Positions 49,901 to 62,970 of a DNA stretch of 64,000 nucleotides are shown here, in pieces. This DNA is from Saccostrea echinata (Eukaryota): positions 2,604,001-2,668,000 of the forward strand of contig NW_026889796.1 in NCBI RefSeq assembly GCF_033153115.1, read 5' to 3'. Both the position numbers and the translations under genes were made by a program. The number at the start of each line of letters is the position of its first letter. Within the stretch, counting starts at the first letter, position 1. The notes beneath the pieces are model-generated. The model did not search any database, was not told where the DNA came from, and saw nothing but the letters and a program-made list of their open reading frames with translations.

Positions 49901-52407
49901 TCCTCTTTACAGATACTCTGGAGGTCTGTGGGCATTAATTTTCAATATCAGCAAGATATGAAAAAATGTAATGCTGATAACATTAAAATTTCCTGGCAGT
50001 ACTTGTTACCTTTATAGTAGGGTAAAGTTTACTGATGATAGGTGAAACTGGATAAATTTTCAAAATGTTTAATTTCTCTATGAGAAATGAAAAAGTTTAC
50101 ACAATATCTTTGATTTTTTAAGACAAACCTATAACTCTTGTATGGGACTTTTTGTTAGATCTGTAAGCGTAGAACCAAATATGGCAGTACAGCAAAGAGC
50201 CCCGCCCTTCGGAGGAGTCCCCAGAAGCCATACAAACATCTGGGTCTTCTACAGCTGAAGTCAGTCAAACGGGTTATTAACTATAGGGAATCAGAAGGTA
50301 ATGAACTGTCATGGTTACATTTATCTGAAATTTTCTTCGATATTGGCTCAAAAATATTTAAAAGTGACTTGATATTTAGTTGCTTTGTGAGTGACACAAG
50401 AAAATTTCCATATTGCTGACTGGGATACAAAAATTTGTTTCGTTTCGTGTGAAAATTTAACTATAATTAAACATGTATAAGAATCCTGTTCATTGCATGC
50501 ATCATAATGATCTCTTAACATTGAAATAAAATTTAATTCACGTGAAAAGTTTTAATGATCCAAACACCTACAGTATATCAGCAAACCACTCTACATACAT
50601 GTACATGTATATTGTTTTCTGGTACATGTAGAGTTGTATATATAAAAAGATTTACTTGTCATACTTTATACTTTTGTAGAATTCTTACAGCTTCAATCTG
50701 TGTAAAGGAAGCTGGTGTCTTTCATTTCAGATTGTCAGAACAGTTTTGGGATCATCTGTAGGTCTCATACAGATGACAAGGACAAGTTATACAGCTTCAT
50801 GATTGACGAGACAGACTTCAATAAATTCCACTTTCTGACCTCATTAGCCAGGTCTATTGCCCAGACCAGGTGTCTGGCTGATCATGTAAGTTTTCTAAGC
50901 AATCACAGGGCTCTGTATTTGTATTGTTTAAAATTGTAAGGATATTTCAAAAGAGAGGCAAGACAATCTACAGTTTAGTATTATGAATCTTTGTTATTTT
51001 ACCAGAACTTTTTTTTTCAGAGTAAAGCAATGGTTGTAAATCACAACAAATATTTGCTCTGACTTCCTTTTACAAAGACTGTTTATTGCCATTATTTTTT
51101 TGCTGACTTTTGGGATTAAATTATTATGAAACCTGTCTAATCCAACATGCACTGGGACACAAATTTTGTGCTTGAATAGACAGGATGTCAAACTGAATAG
51201 TGTAAAGAAATGGGGAAAAAGTAAAGTGGGAAAGAAATTTTAGGTTGGAATTTATGGGAGACAGGTTGCAAAGGTGTTGGATTAGATACATGTAGTTCCT
51301 TCTGTCATACAGAAATTTACTGTTTTATTTAAAAAAAAAGAGAGATTAAATATGATTACCTAAAATCTATCCTGATTCAACATTCTGTTTAAAACAGGAA
51401 GGTTTGATAGCCACAGTGGAGGGAAGAGATCTACAAATCAATACCAGTGTTCTGGGTAGGAGCACTTTCAGCAGGGCTGCTAAGTGAGTTTCTTAAAATA
51501 TATGAATATATATAGATTAGAGAAAATTAGAACAGTATAGTATAAATTTAGCAATTAAATTATAATCTAGCCTTTAAAACTGTGTAATAATGGTGCAAAA
51601 TTGAAATATTGATGGAGAAAAATGAATTTAAAAAGCACACCAATGTTGCTTTGCAACAGGCAGTTAAAACAAGGGAACATACTTAAGAAAATATGATTTC
51701 AAAATAGAAATTCTTTTCCCTCCAAAAAATCAACATTTGAATGTTATATTCAACAGACTGGGCAAGAGAGTGAGTAGGGCATTTTCCTTCAACAAAACAC
51801 CGAGTCGATTAAAGCGAGCAGTGTCCACTGTTCTCAGTCCATTCTCCCATGAAAACAACCACAACACAATTAATGTGATGGGAACACCACGTCGTGGTGG
51901 TGATCTCTTCAACCGCAGACAGGCCAGCTGTATGGACCTCACGGTGAGTACTTGTAAATGAAGAGAGCGTAAGCAAAGCAGTTTATTGTGGAATCATAAT
52001 TGTTTTTGAGGGACTAATTTATGTGGGTCACCCTTAACCAAAAAATGTCATCAATATAAACAGTAACTTTGTTGACATATTAGTTTTATGGAATCTTCTG
52101 TTTATACAAGCTACTCATGAAATTAAGAAGAAACCATCAAATTTTGATTGCTTATAAAGATTGATCCCCAGGTATTAAAATGATTCCATAGTAATTATAT
52201 ATGATGAATGACCTTTGATTGATATTAATTTAATGAGTGTTTTTTCTGTGACAGGACTCTATATCACTGTTGAGCAGTTACCCCAGTGCTACTACACTTT
52301 ATCATGAGGATGACACAGTCAGTCTCGGGGCATTCTCCCTCCAAACCCCCATGGAACATTCCAGTGTGAACGACCACAACAGTAAACTCATGAAGCCTCC
52401 CAGTTAG
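36078..52407 (+). CDS. ECT2: Protein ECT2 (RhoGEF; BRCT0-BRCT1-BRCT2, NLS, DH, PH, polybasic tail), 873 aa, 22 exons
   Basis: Exons 36078-36123, 37239-37312, 37671-37850, 39942-40028, 40235-40342, 40646-40744, 42285-42384, 42570-42685, 42831-42893, 43612-43837, 44751-44875, 46472-46660, 46874-46984, 47397-47493, 48329-48410, 48545-48623, 49804-49923, 50159-50297, 50731-50885, 51398-51483, 51757-51943 and 52255-52407 (2622 nt, frame-consistent). Motifs: RPLYCTAM, VHHMGG, EWFWGSIQ, RKRKRLKE, ELLQTEKNYV, YPPFVNYFE, ELLIRPVQRLPSV, HINEDKRKTE, RVSRAFSFNKTP. Confidence 0.95.
37909..39813. mobile_element. 166-bp-satellite Helentron-type element (opposite orientation to 32398-34021), interrupted by a TA-flanked transposon
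   Basis: Starts with hairpin agctcacctgagctgaaagctcaagtgagct and ends gtggcccatgggcctcttgtt. Confidence 0.8.
38428..39735. mobile_element. Non-autonomous Tc1/mariner(pogo)-type DNA transposon, ~1.3 kb
   Basis: TA|CAGTG...CACTG|TA termini with subterminal aatccgaca repeats; no transposase motif in the internal ORFs. Confidence 0.75.
40954..42109. mobile_element. Non-autonomous Tc1/mariner(pogo)-type DNA transposon, ~1.15 kb
   Basis: TA|cagtggcttccattttatcgga ... cgaaaaaacgggaaccactg|TA. Confidence 0.7.
43915..44080. mobile_element. MITE
   Basis: TIR ctgggttgtccctaaga / tcttagggacaaccctg, flanked by direct repeat gctgct. Confidence 0.7.
44932..46373. mobile_element. Helentron-type non-autonomous element with ~8 copies of a 147-bp monomer, in an ECT2 intron
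   Basis: Anchor ccaagta at 45194, 45341, 45488, 45635, 45782, 45929 and 46076 (period 147); termini shared with 26222-27003. Confidence 0.85.
48781..49173. mobile_element. MITE
   Basis: TIR caggttttttttagg / cctaaaaaaccctg, flanked by direct repeat tattg. Confidence 0.65.
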
Positions 52408-55400
52408 GAGGCAGTGAAGATAATTCTCAGTGCCTAAAGTGTACAATCTTGACTCAAATGCAGAAAGTATTATATCAAAATTCCATTGTGATTTTAGAAG
52501 GGTACACATACACATTTCAAACCACTATTTAAAAAGGATAGCTGTCTAGTCTTTATCTACATATATATTGTAGTACCGGAATCAATAGGAATATATTTCA
52601 ACTTTTCATACAAAGGAATTGTTTCTTTGATACATGACTGTAAGTACATGTGAAGTGTTTTCCAGAGGAATGTGATCTTAAACTAAAAGTGCTATTTATA
52701 ATGTACATATGCACTGGGTGCTGTCGTGTAAAGAAGACAGTAAGAAGATGGAAAGAATTTGAAGTGTCTGCTTTTATGCATAATTCAATGAAAGCTTTAC
52801 TCTTTCTCATATAGATCTGATTAAAATGTTTGTGTTTTAGTTTTAATGGGGCAAACAAAATACTTTATTTGAATTTTACTTTTGATATTTATTGTTATTT
52901 ATACCTTTTTTCTCCTAATTGTATTAGATATTAGCTAGATGACATAAAAATATTTCACTATCCAAACTTCCTGTAAAACTTGGTATTTAACACCCTAAAT
53001 ATTCTAGTATTTCTTTTTTACTTTTCTCACTTTACAAATATAAGGTTACATGAACTTTTACCATTGGATTATGAACAGTCGCATGAAAATACTTAAGTAC
53101 AAATGTTGTACTTGTGTAAGGAGCATTTGAAAGCAGGCATCCTAAAAGTTCAAGTTTTCCACAGTGTTGAGAAAATATGTTGTACTTCATAGTTTGACAA
53201 AAAGTTAGAATTTCTTTTAGCATCAAGAATACAAAATATGAAAGAAGTGTAATTTAACCAGTACTTAACTGAATGTCGGATAGGAAAGTAAATTTGTGTG
53301 TTCTTTGGTGCAGGTGTCTTGGTATATTGTACTGTTTCAGTTATTCCATTTTTACAGAAATGAAATTCTTTAGTCTGGGGTTCTAAGTTTTGTCTTATTT
53401 TTATTTTTTACTTAAGAAGAGTATCTTACACCTTACACTACCTTTTTTTGTTCATTCTTTCATAGAATTCATTCTCCTTTAAGGAAGCTCTAACACTGCA
53501 CACTAAAGAGTTCTACTTGTGGGGTAGTTTTATGCAGTTAGAGTGATCTGCCCTTAGAAGTAAGGAAGAAAAAATGATTATTTACTGTTAATTGCACAAT
53601 TTGTAATAGATTAAGATATTCTTAGCATTATATTAGATCAAGAATAAGTAATTGAAATCATTATTTCCATTAACTTTCCCGATCTGAGGAAACAACAGAA
53701 TTTCTGTTCACGAATAGTCCATTGTCTTTGAACATTTTTCCTGCAAAAATAAGGCAGGTACCCTCTGCTGAAAATGAACTAAATAATCTCAATATGCACA
53801 CTTATATATGATAGATTTTTCTCCAAGTCCAAAAAAGCACTTTTAGTAAGCGTTTAGAGCTTCCTTAATTGGTCCAGCATACATAGAGGATGGTTACTCC
53901 TAACATTTAAACCCAGATGCCTTTGATTTTAAAATACATGTGATATCGATCAATTTTTACCCTCCATGATACCATATTTAGTTTTTTTTTTGTATATTGT
54001 ATGATACTTGTAAATTATGTATAAACATAAGTGTGTGTAGTCAACAAGTAGTATTACAGAGAAGGTTGTGTATAATCAGTGTAGTGCCATAGCACACCGT
54101 ACTGAAATTAAAATGTGCGAAAATGCCTCTTCATTAGTTTATTCTTAATTTACTGCATGCCATAATAAATTCATATATACCCCGTAATCATAGCTAATAT
54201 TAAATCAACCGTAACTGACTATTTTTGCAGCATGCTTTTGTCATAGGTTTGTTGCCCAAGTAACGGCATTATTTAACTTTGATTATAATTATGCCCTGCT
54301 ATGATAAAAGGGAGCATATTGGTTTGCACATGTTGGTCAGTCAATAAACCAAGTGTTCTTGAAAAGTCTTTGCTTGACAGACATAAAACTTCATACCCCC
54401 CCCCCCCCCCCCCCAAAGTATGATACAGTTAAACCTCAGTGTCTCGTACTTGAGGGGGCCAAGATTAAACTTCGAGATATCCGAGGATTCAAGAAAAAAA
54501 AAAACAGAAAAAAAGTAGTTTGGGCTGCCACAGTGCCATATGAAGGTCAACTATAGTTAATTTTTGCATAATAATAATTTAATTTTATTATGTACATACC
54601 GTACCCATCAGCACAATATCCTTGTTGTATGTTGTGCTTCTTGGTAAACTGCATCCTTTTATTTTATTTAGATGATCGAAAGTTGTTGATAACTGTACAT
54701 TTATAATTTTATCGCTCTTGACCATGAAAAGAAACAGTTACACAGCAATTTCAAGCTTTTGTAGCCTTTTACTCCGACAGCAAATCGTATTTAAAACATT
54801 TGCATTATTTCTTGTCATGTATGTTTCGGTTTTACATAATTTCTTTATGTTTCTTGATCAGTTATAACGGTGAATTCTTATTAAGAGATAATTCAGTGTT
54901 GAATATACTAATGTTAATTTCATTTTCTGGAACATCAAACACATCAAATGAATATTTCATGATTAAGTTTTAATTCAGTCAAACTTGTTAAATTAAGTGC
55001 TCCAAAATGCTTTTCGGTAATGAACGGATGATAAAGTCTATCGATTTGCCGATCAAATGTACAGTTGAACTTCGGTGTCTTGAATACCATGGATATGTCG
55101 AAGTGATTCGGAAGTCCCAACTACTCATTCTTTAAGTATTTTACACTCAATATCTCGGATATCTCGAAGTTTTTTTTCGGTCCCATCGAGTTCGAGATAA
55201 CGAGATTTGACTGTACTTTCAATACAGGAGTCACAAGTCCAATCTAAAATGTCAGGAAAGTTGGACGGTACAGAGCTGATACTCCAGTAGTTGTTCTGAC
55301 ATGGCCAATACATCCAAATGTGTAAATAAAAAAATAGGTCAAATTTTCCTGATTTCTTATGGGACTAGGGCTGTGTCCTCGCAAAAGTAGACCATGCTGA

Positions 55401-56866
55401 TGACCTACTTTTTGAATATCGTCAAATCTTTTCATCTCGGACACTCTCTGACACCTAGGGTCATCAAACCTCAGCTGATGCTTGTATGTGTTGAGGTTTC
55501 AATGTGACAATCTATAAAATATAAACATTATTCAAATTAAGAATTTTATGGCAACATACACTGTATGTACATTGTATGTTGTGTCTTCAATCATCAAAAC
55601 TTAATCCAGTTAATGTAGCTTAAGATAAAAATTCATTGCGACCCAAAAGTAGGTCACGATAGTTTCAGTTTGTAACTTTTTGACTTGCTTAATACGATTA
55701 AGTATGATACCCATCTTCTAAATTATAAGGTCTAGGTTCACTAGGTGAACCTTGATAGTTAATCTTCCTTGGAACCTGTACCTATTTTGAGATATTCACA
55801 ATGATTGTTGAAGGGATTTGTGATTTTGTTGTATGTTCTTAGATTTACCCGTAATAAAGTATAGCATTTCTTATCCCCGGGGCCCATTCTTTTATTGAAG
55901 GTTGGCAGGAGAGATGGAAGCCACATAGAACTGGCATTGCTAACATCAAGAATATTTTAAGGGTTTGGCAAATTCAAACAGAATAAACACTTAAGCTACG
56001 GAGATTCCCAAAGTTACAGTTTGTATTATTGCATTATTAAAACCGATCTACTCTCTTTGGTAACCGGCTAAGGTAGGTACATGTACTTTTGTTTTCTAAC
56101 ACGTTCGTAATAGTAGTTTTGTTTCGTGAAAATGCTCCAAAGTAAAGCATTAACCAAACATGCGTTCAGGGTGCATGTTATAATATTTCGTCAGAAGTAG
56201 ACAATGTACCGGTTCTAGCTGATAAAGAACTTTAGTACATGAATACCCCGTTACAATTGTATAGAATACACGTATCCAAAAGGCTTACAAGAGGGAGGGG
56301 AACCTCGTAAGAAAGCAATTCCTGAAAATTCATCATAATACACGTATTTGTGTTTGAAGAATTTACATTCTTATTTTTTATTACTTAAATAAGACAAAGA
56401 AAAACCATGAACCCTATCATTTGTTAAGATTGTTTGTGTCAACAAGGCTTTAAGTTATGTGGGATTATGATAGACTAATAAAAAGAACATTTATTATGCA
56501 AAATGTAATTTTTACCTCACCTGAGCCAAAGGCTTTAGTGAATGTCCGGCGTCCGTGTGTCATGTGTTGTAAACTTTCCACATTTTCATCTTCCTCAGAA
56601 CCACTAGCTGAGCCAATTTCAACCAAACTTGCCACAAAACATCCTTGGGTAAAGGAGATTCAAGTTCGTTCAAATTAAGGGCCATCGCCCTCTTTCAAAG
56701 GGAGATAATCAATAATAAGTGAAAATTTAATGATATCTTTTAAAGATCTTAAGAACCATTGGGCCCAGTATGTAATACATAGTGTAGATATAAGCTTGTT
56801 CAAATCCTAACCCTGAGGGTAGGGTTAGACCACAATGGGCGATCAAAGTTTTTCATTTCAGGAATA

Positions 56867-57307
56867 TGTAACAGGAAAGGAAAAAATGCGACTGACCAGA
56901 ACTTGATTGAACCCGGGGCCCCGAATTTCCAGTCAGATGTTCTGGCAGGTCTTTTAACCTGTCACTTCCAGGACATGGAAGGGCACCAAATGCAAACAGA
57001 AAAGGAGAAAAATGCGATGGACCAGACCCGGATTTGAACCCAGACCCCCTGAATCTCTAGTCAGGTGCTCTACCAACTGAGCTATCTGGCCATGGGGAAC
57101 GAACCAGTCTGATCGCAGCATTCCTCCCTCCCTAAAGGTCTTTGGCCCCAAAGACATCAACCCAAGGTCTTCCCTGGAAGGTCTTTCACTGTCACTTCTA
57201 GGGTATGGCACGGCACCAAATGTAACAGGAGAGGAGAAAATGCGACGTACCAAACCGCAGTTCGAACCCCGGTCTGGTCCGTCGCATTTTTCTCCTCTCC
57301 TGTTACA
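56867..57307 (-). mobile_element. Tandem, partly inverted array of tRNA-LTR TRIMs (Helenus-like)
   Basis: Minus strand: LTR end TGTTACA (to 57221), TT, PBS TGGTGCCGTG (57218-57209), internal region, PPT AGGGAGGGAGGAA (57133-57121), full LTR TG(57120)...CA(56991), degenerate PBS TGGTGCCC, then a truncated LTR to 56867. 57221-57307 is a foldback. Confidence 0.75.
57019..57091 (-). pseudogene. 73-nt tRNA-like cloverleaf inside the TRIM LTR (nominal AGA anticodon)
   Basis: Reverse complement GGCCAGA TA GCTC AGTTGGTA GAGC A CCTGA CTAGAGAT TCAGG GGGT CTGGG TTCAAAT CCGGG TCTGGTC C. Acceptor and D stems are intact, the anticodon loop is 8 nt, and the T stem has a mismatch. Confidence 0.7.
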
Positions 57308-57836
57308 AACAAACATTGCATAGGGAAAATCTTTAAGAATCTTCCGGTTCAAGAACAGCAAAGGCACGATTAGTCATTTTTATATGACAGCATCCTCAGG
57401 TAGTGTAGATTCAAGTTTGTACAAATCATGACTTCCGGGGAAGGGTTTTGGCATCAATACATGTATGTGATCTAAGTTTTATATAGGAATAAATAGGGAA
57501 AAATCTGATGAAGAACAACATGGTCACTGACTCAGGTGAACGAATTGGCCAATGGACGTCTTGTTTTCGAAAGGGCGAATGCCACAGAATTTTACAATCA
57601 TCATCAGATAAAACACGCTATTTCGGATTTTGAGTATCACTTAAAGCGTTGTCAGTGATGACATCTACTTTTTCGTTATTCGGCGGGAAAAATTGATCAA
57701 GAAAGTACGGTTGCTGTCCCTGTCCGTCTGTCTGTCATATCACTACATGTATCTTCTTTCTCAAACTAACATTTTACACAGGAGCCTTTCAACGTTTGGA
57801 ATATGAGATGTCCCATAATAGATGTGCAATAAGGTT

Positions 57837-58426
57837 TGAAAGAGCTAGGTTCACTTTATGCATAAAATGGCCCTGTAGATATACCAATTTATTGACTAAC
57901 AATTTATGTTCCATTTTAAACATCAAGATAAAGTAGAGACTTGGTGCTTTCATTTCCTATTAAAATTTTTCTCCTTAAAGTCCAGGTCTTGGAAAACAAG
58001 CTTAATGGAATAGCAATGTTCTTGAATTTTAAGGAAAACATGTATATTTAAGTGCTTTCAGAGAAGAAAAATAATATGAGCGCACCCTCTGATCTAAAAA
58101 ATAAAATATGTTTTGTAATCCTCAGAAACGGTTCTATCAGTAAATAATTGCATATTTTAGATCAGAGATTGCGCTCTATATTAAATATCGAAAAATAGCT
58201 TTAAAAATTGGCTGTTTTTGTAGAATTGTTCAGGATATGAGAAAAATGACGTATTTCATGACGTCATAATGCATTGACTAGCCAGAAAATTACGTCATTT
58301 TTCGTGGATTCGCAATCGCCAAATGTTTAAATGAAATTTAATGCATTGTCAACTAAAACTAAGCAGTTTCAGTTTTTCAGAAATTCACAGGGCCAAAAAA
58401 GGCCCTAAGTGAACCTTGTTCTTTCA
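57837..58426. mobile_element. MITE with an internal inverted repeat
   Basis: TIR tgaaagagctaggttcactt / aagtgaaccttgttctttca; inner inverted repeat at ~58074-58182. Confidence 0.65.
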
Positions 58427-59847
58427 TTTTCATATGGGTACCAATAAGGAGCTAAAGATTGAAAACACCTTTCTTTAAACTCTTGTCGTGCTTTGTCATT
58501 AAGTTTGAGTTTCAGTGCTGATCACGGCATGAGTCTTTTCTTTTCTGAATATTGAAAATTCCAAATCTTTTTTAAAAATATGCTGGTATTTTACAAACCG
58601 AAACTTTGTAATCCCTGATTACACATTGGTTGAATGTACAAGAACTCCTTTTATACACAATTTATGATTAATTAAATTCTTTAACTATACTTTCACTTTC
58701 TAAAGAAAGTACGTGGATATTGTTGGTTTCCTGGTCCGTCTGACAGTTACACTTTCTTCTTCCTCAATCACCTAATTCTTGCTGTAGCCAATATTCATCT
58801 TTTGGAATATCATTGGTGGTGTCCTGTAGATGTGCAGTAAGGTTTTGGAATTTTCATTTTCACCTTGGAAGTCGAAAAATGACTTTTTCCACAAAAATCC
58901 TGATTCCCCAAACTCCTCATATATTTTACACAGTATCCAAATTGACTGGTGTTCGGTAGATGTGAAGCAAGATTTTGGAATTCCTGTATATGTGCAGTAA
59001 GGTTTGGAATTTCAAAATTCTCCCTCAGGGACATTTGGGGATCGAAAAACATTTTTTCTACTAAAACTATGTTTCCAGAACTTCTTTTACATTTCATGCA
59101 ATAACCAAATCATCTTTAAGAATATTGTTATGATTTCATTTTCATGCAGGAGACCAATAATGGGGGGGGGGGGGTTGTTAAAAACTTGACAAAACTCCTT
59201 TTTAATCAGAATTTATGCTTCTTTAAATTCGTTATTTTCGTTTTAATTTCATTTTGGTAATAATTTATCATATGAAATACTAACATAAGGAGCACATCAT
59301 TATTTATGCCATAATGATTCCAAACTTTAATGATCTTTCTGTGTATTCTTAGAGACCTGAGAAGGAATCAAATCGGTATATTTTTTTAACATTCCAGGTT
59401 TTTCAAAAACCACCAAGACAGTAAAACGAGACATCAACGAACTCAGGAGTTCATATGTACACAAATACTGAGCAGCATCCTCGAGACCTGTAATGAATGA
59501 ATTCTTTAACAGTTTCTTAGCATGAAGAGTCTTATTTCAGCACTATTTTATTGTCAAGACCAAAGTTAATTAAAGGTGTACATTTACATTGACCTTGGTA
59601 TCTTTTCACAATTCTTGTTTACTCCGAAACATCAGCATAGGCAATCTATCGACTCGTACCGGGATTCATAGTAAAAAAAATGAAGTGATAATTTTTGCAT
59701 TTCCCCCCGTAGTTTGACTTTACTACATCAATGTAACAAAGTGTTTCTCTTCAGACTTTACAAGTTCGTATATGCTGAAATTTATATGGAATGTTAATAT
59801 CTTGAAAAAATATATACTAGTATACATTTTTTAGCACAGTATGCAGA

Positions 59848-60001
59848 NNNNNNNNNNNNNNNNNNNNNNNNNNNNNNNNNNNNNNNNNNNNNNNNNNNNN
59901 NNNNNNNNNNNNNNNNNNNNNNNNNNNNNNNNNNNNNNNNNNNNNNNNNNNNNNNNNNNNNNNNNNNNNNNNNNNNNNNNNNNNNNNNNNNNNNNNNNNN
60001 N
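59848..60001. other. Assembly gap (154 N)
   Basis: Run of N. Confidence 1.
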
Positions 60002-60811
60002 ACATACCTGCAGAACTACATAGCTCTCCGAAAAAAATATATTGACAGATCATCCCATTTTTTTTCAGACCAGCAAGCTACAGATCTGCATCTACATTTT
60101 ACATAAGTCAATATATATGTGCATTGATAGAAAAATTATGAACAGTCATTGCGGTTAAGGGGTGGGATGGGGTATATAAAGGTGTTTATTATATGATTGA
60201 ATAATTCCCATCTCTCTGATTGGCTGAGATCCGACAATGTTAGAAAAATACTACGTTATATTGACCTGCACGTGACCTTCCAGGTCAATATAAGGAATTA
60301 TTTATTCTTCACTGGACCAAAAATAGATAGGGAAATTCCAAATTGATGCACATAGTTTTGGAAAGTTATTTCACTTGCACCAGACTTCCTCTCATATGAA
60401 CATAACATTAACCCTCTCCCCACCTTTTGAGAATGTAAAGTTTTAATTTAAATTTTAAGGATAAAAAATTTCAATGAAAGCCCCCCCCCCATCCCCTCGT
60501 TTATGGACCTTTACATCCCATCAAATAAAATTTTGAGTTTGGAGAATTCTTTTCCTTTTTGGGGGGGTGTCATTTTTTTCCTTTTACTGCCCCCTTTTTT
60601 CAAAATCAATCCTATATAAGTGCCTGACATTTATTTTTTCTACATTGCACCTAAACTAGAATTAAAAATTCTAAAATAATACAACTGGTTTTTTTTTAAC
60701 CCCGTTTCTCTCATTATGTTCGGCTAGTACTTCAGTAGATGTGAACAAGTAAGATGGCATGGATTGCCTTTAATGAGTGTGTGTCATTTAATCATTGAAT
60801 GATATAATAAA

Positions 60812-60955
60812 ACAATTATTGCTGTTTTTTCGGTCAATACGATGATTTAGCCACCTTCGAAGTACAATATTCACCTCGCCCTTCGGGCTCGGTGAATATT
60901 GTACTCCTCAGGTGTCTAAATCATCGTATTGACCTCAAAAACCAGCAATAACTGT
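60812..60955. mobile_element. Palindromic (hairpin) element with the same apex architecture as 12523-12650
   Basis: Arms acaattattgctg...aatattcacc / ggtgaatatt...cagcaataactgt with apex tc-gccc-ttc-gggc-tc. Confidence 0.75.
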
Positions 60956-61981
60956 ATATGAGATATGACTAAGTAGATTTTCCCTTTGCTTCATTTTCCG
61001 GATAATAGGGGGGAGGGGGTATATTTCTTAAATGCCGAGGCTCCTTATATAACCGTAATTTGAAAACATATAAGCAAAGCCACAACTCAAGTTTCCAATG
61101 GACCTGGGTAAGCTAATGATCAAAAACATTTTAAACAAAGGTGAGTGGCCGTGTACGGGACAAACAATGGGGATGGGAAGCACAAATGTATAAAGCCAAA
61201 TGATACAAGTAGAAAGAATATTACTTTCTCAGCGTGTCGTAAACTAAGGCTATATCAAGATGATCAGCATGCGGTGTTTATTGTAAATACTGGTATAAAC
61301 CAGAAAATTGACTCGTTCGCAAATAATGTGAGAGTTTATACATTTGAAACCTCAAAAACAGAGTCCCTATCAATCGTATAGATCTGGGACAAAGACAAGT
61401 CCTCAATATCGAAAGATGAGGGCTCTCTCTCTACCTCATCTCCCCTTTATCTACACCTTTGACGATGCATATACCTGTACTCGTATATCCTGTCATTGTA
61501 TGCATGAATGTTACATCTTCTCCTTGAAGAATGAATTAAAAAAATACAATGATATATTTGCTAAGTATAGAACTTTCTTCTGAGTGTCTGATGAAAGGTT
61601 TTATCATATGAAACGTAAAGTTTTCCGAAGGTTGTAACTTCATTTTACGTTCCGTCAGTTGTCATTTTGTTTGATGGATTTGTTTGACATATTCCTAAAT
61701 TCTTCTGACAGCATCATTGAAAATATTGCTTTTATTTTTTCTGAAGACATGAGAAACAAGTGTATTGACCTTGGTAAACCACACCAATTGCTTTCCAATA
61801 GAATTCCTCGGATTCTACAAGTATCTGATGTGTCTAATGGAAAATTCCAAAGATTAAAAGTTTCAGAAAAATAAGCATTTTGTAAAGTCATTGAGTCATT
61901 TTGTCAAGTGTCTCATTAAGAATGCCCTGAAATTACCTTTTAAAGTTTTGAAAACTTAGTAATCTTTAATTGTTATATTTT

Positions 61982-62970
61982 TGGTCTCCCGGTTTTATAG
62001 AAAAGGGGGATATTAATTTGGGTCTGTCTGTTCGTCCGTCCGTTTGTCTGTGTGTAATACTTTCGTTTCCGAACGATATCCCAAAAGGCCTTTGAGCTTT
62101 TGCAATAAAGTGTTGTAGCCTAAGAAAGACTCCTATTGATTTTGAGGTCAAAAGATCAAAGGCCAAGTTCATAAATTCATACATTGCAAATAACAGTTTC
62201 CAGAAAACTTTAGTTTTTTTTGAGTTTTTCTCAATAAAATTTAATATCACTACATCCGATGGCCTTAAAAAGACCATTTCTAATTTGAGGTGAAAAGGTC
62301 AAAGGTCAAGGTAAGAAACTTATACATTTTGTCTGTGTGTAACACTTTCGTTTCCGGACGATGTTTTAAATGTATTTGAGATTGTGCAATGAAATTTCAC
62401 ATCACAACTTCTTATGGCATAAAAAGATCCCTTTTGATTATGAGGTCAAAAGGTGAAAGATCAAGGTCAGAAATTCATATATTGCAAAAAATGTTTTCCA
62501 GATGATAACTTAGTTCTCCTTGAATTTTTTTTCAATGAAGTTATACGTCATAACTCTTTGTAAATTAAAGGACACCCCTTTTGATTTTAGGTCAAAAGGT
62601 CAGGTCAAGGTCAGAAATTCATACAATCCAAAAACGGTTTCCAGATGATAACTTTAGTTTTCCTCAAGCTTCTTCTATGAAATTTTATATCACAACTCCC
62701 AATAACTTTAACCTCTTTTGATTTATAGGTCAAAAGGTCAAGGCAAAAAATTCATAGCTTGCATAAAATGCTTTCCTGTAATAACTAGTTTTTTGAGGTT
62801 TACAATTATTTTTATGCATTAGTCAATATAGCATAAGAAAAAGAATCCTATTAATTTTGAGGTGAAAAGGTCAAAGACCAAGGTCAGAAATTTATATACT
62901 GCAAACACGCATTTCATGGGATCACTTAAGTTCTCTCTAAGCTTTTGCAAAGAAACTTAAGTCATAAATT
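61982..62970. mobile_element. Old Helentron-type element with degenerate tandem units (gattttgaggtcaaaaggtcaaggtca)
   Basis: (gtct/gtcc)n near the left end and at least 5 diverged units; a related inverted remnant lies at ~29300-29750. Confidence 0.6.

Larger units (their letters stand above)
56512..57563. mobile_element. Degenerate copy of the 166-bp-satellite Helentron-type family, hosting a TRIM array
   Basis: tacctcacctgagccaaaggct start, partial monomers, and end ctcaggtgaacgaattggccaatggacgtcttgtt. Confidence 0.65.

Noticed and set aside
59817-60053. ORFs spanning poly-X
   Set aside because: Artefacts of the N gap.
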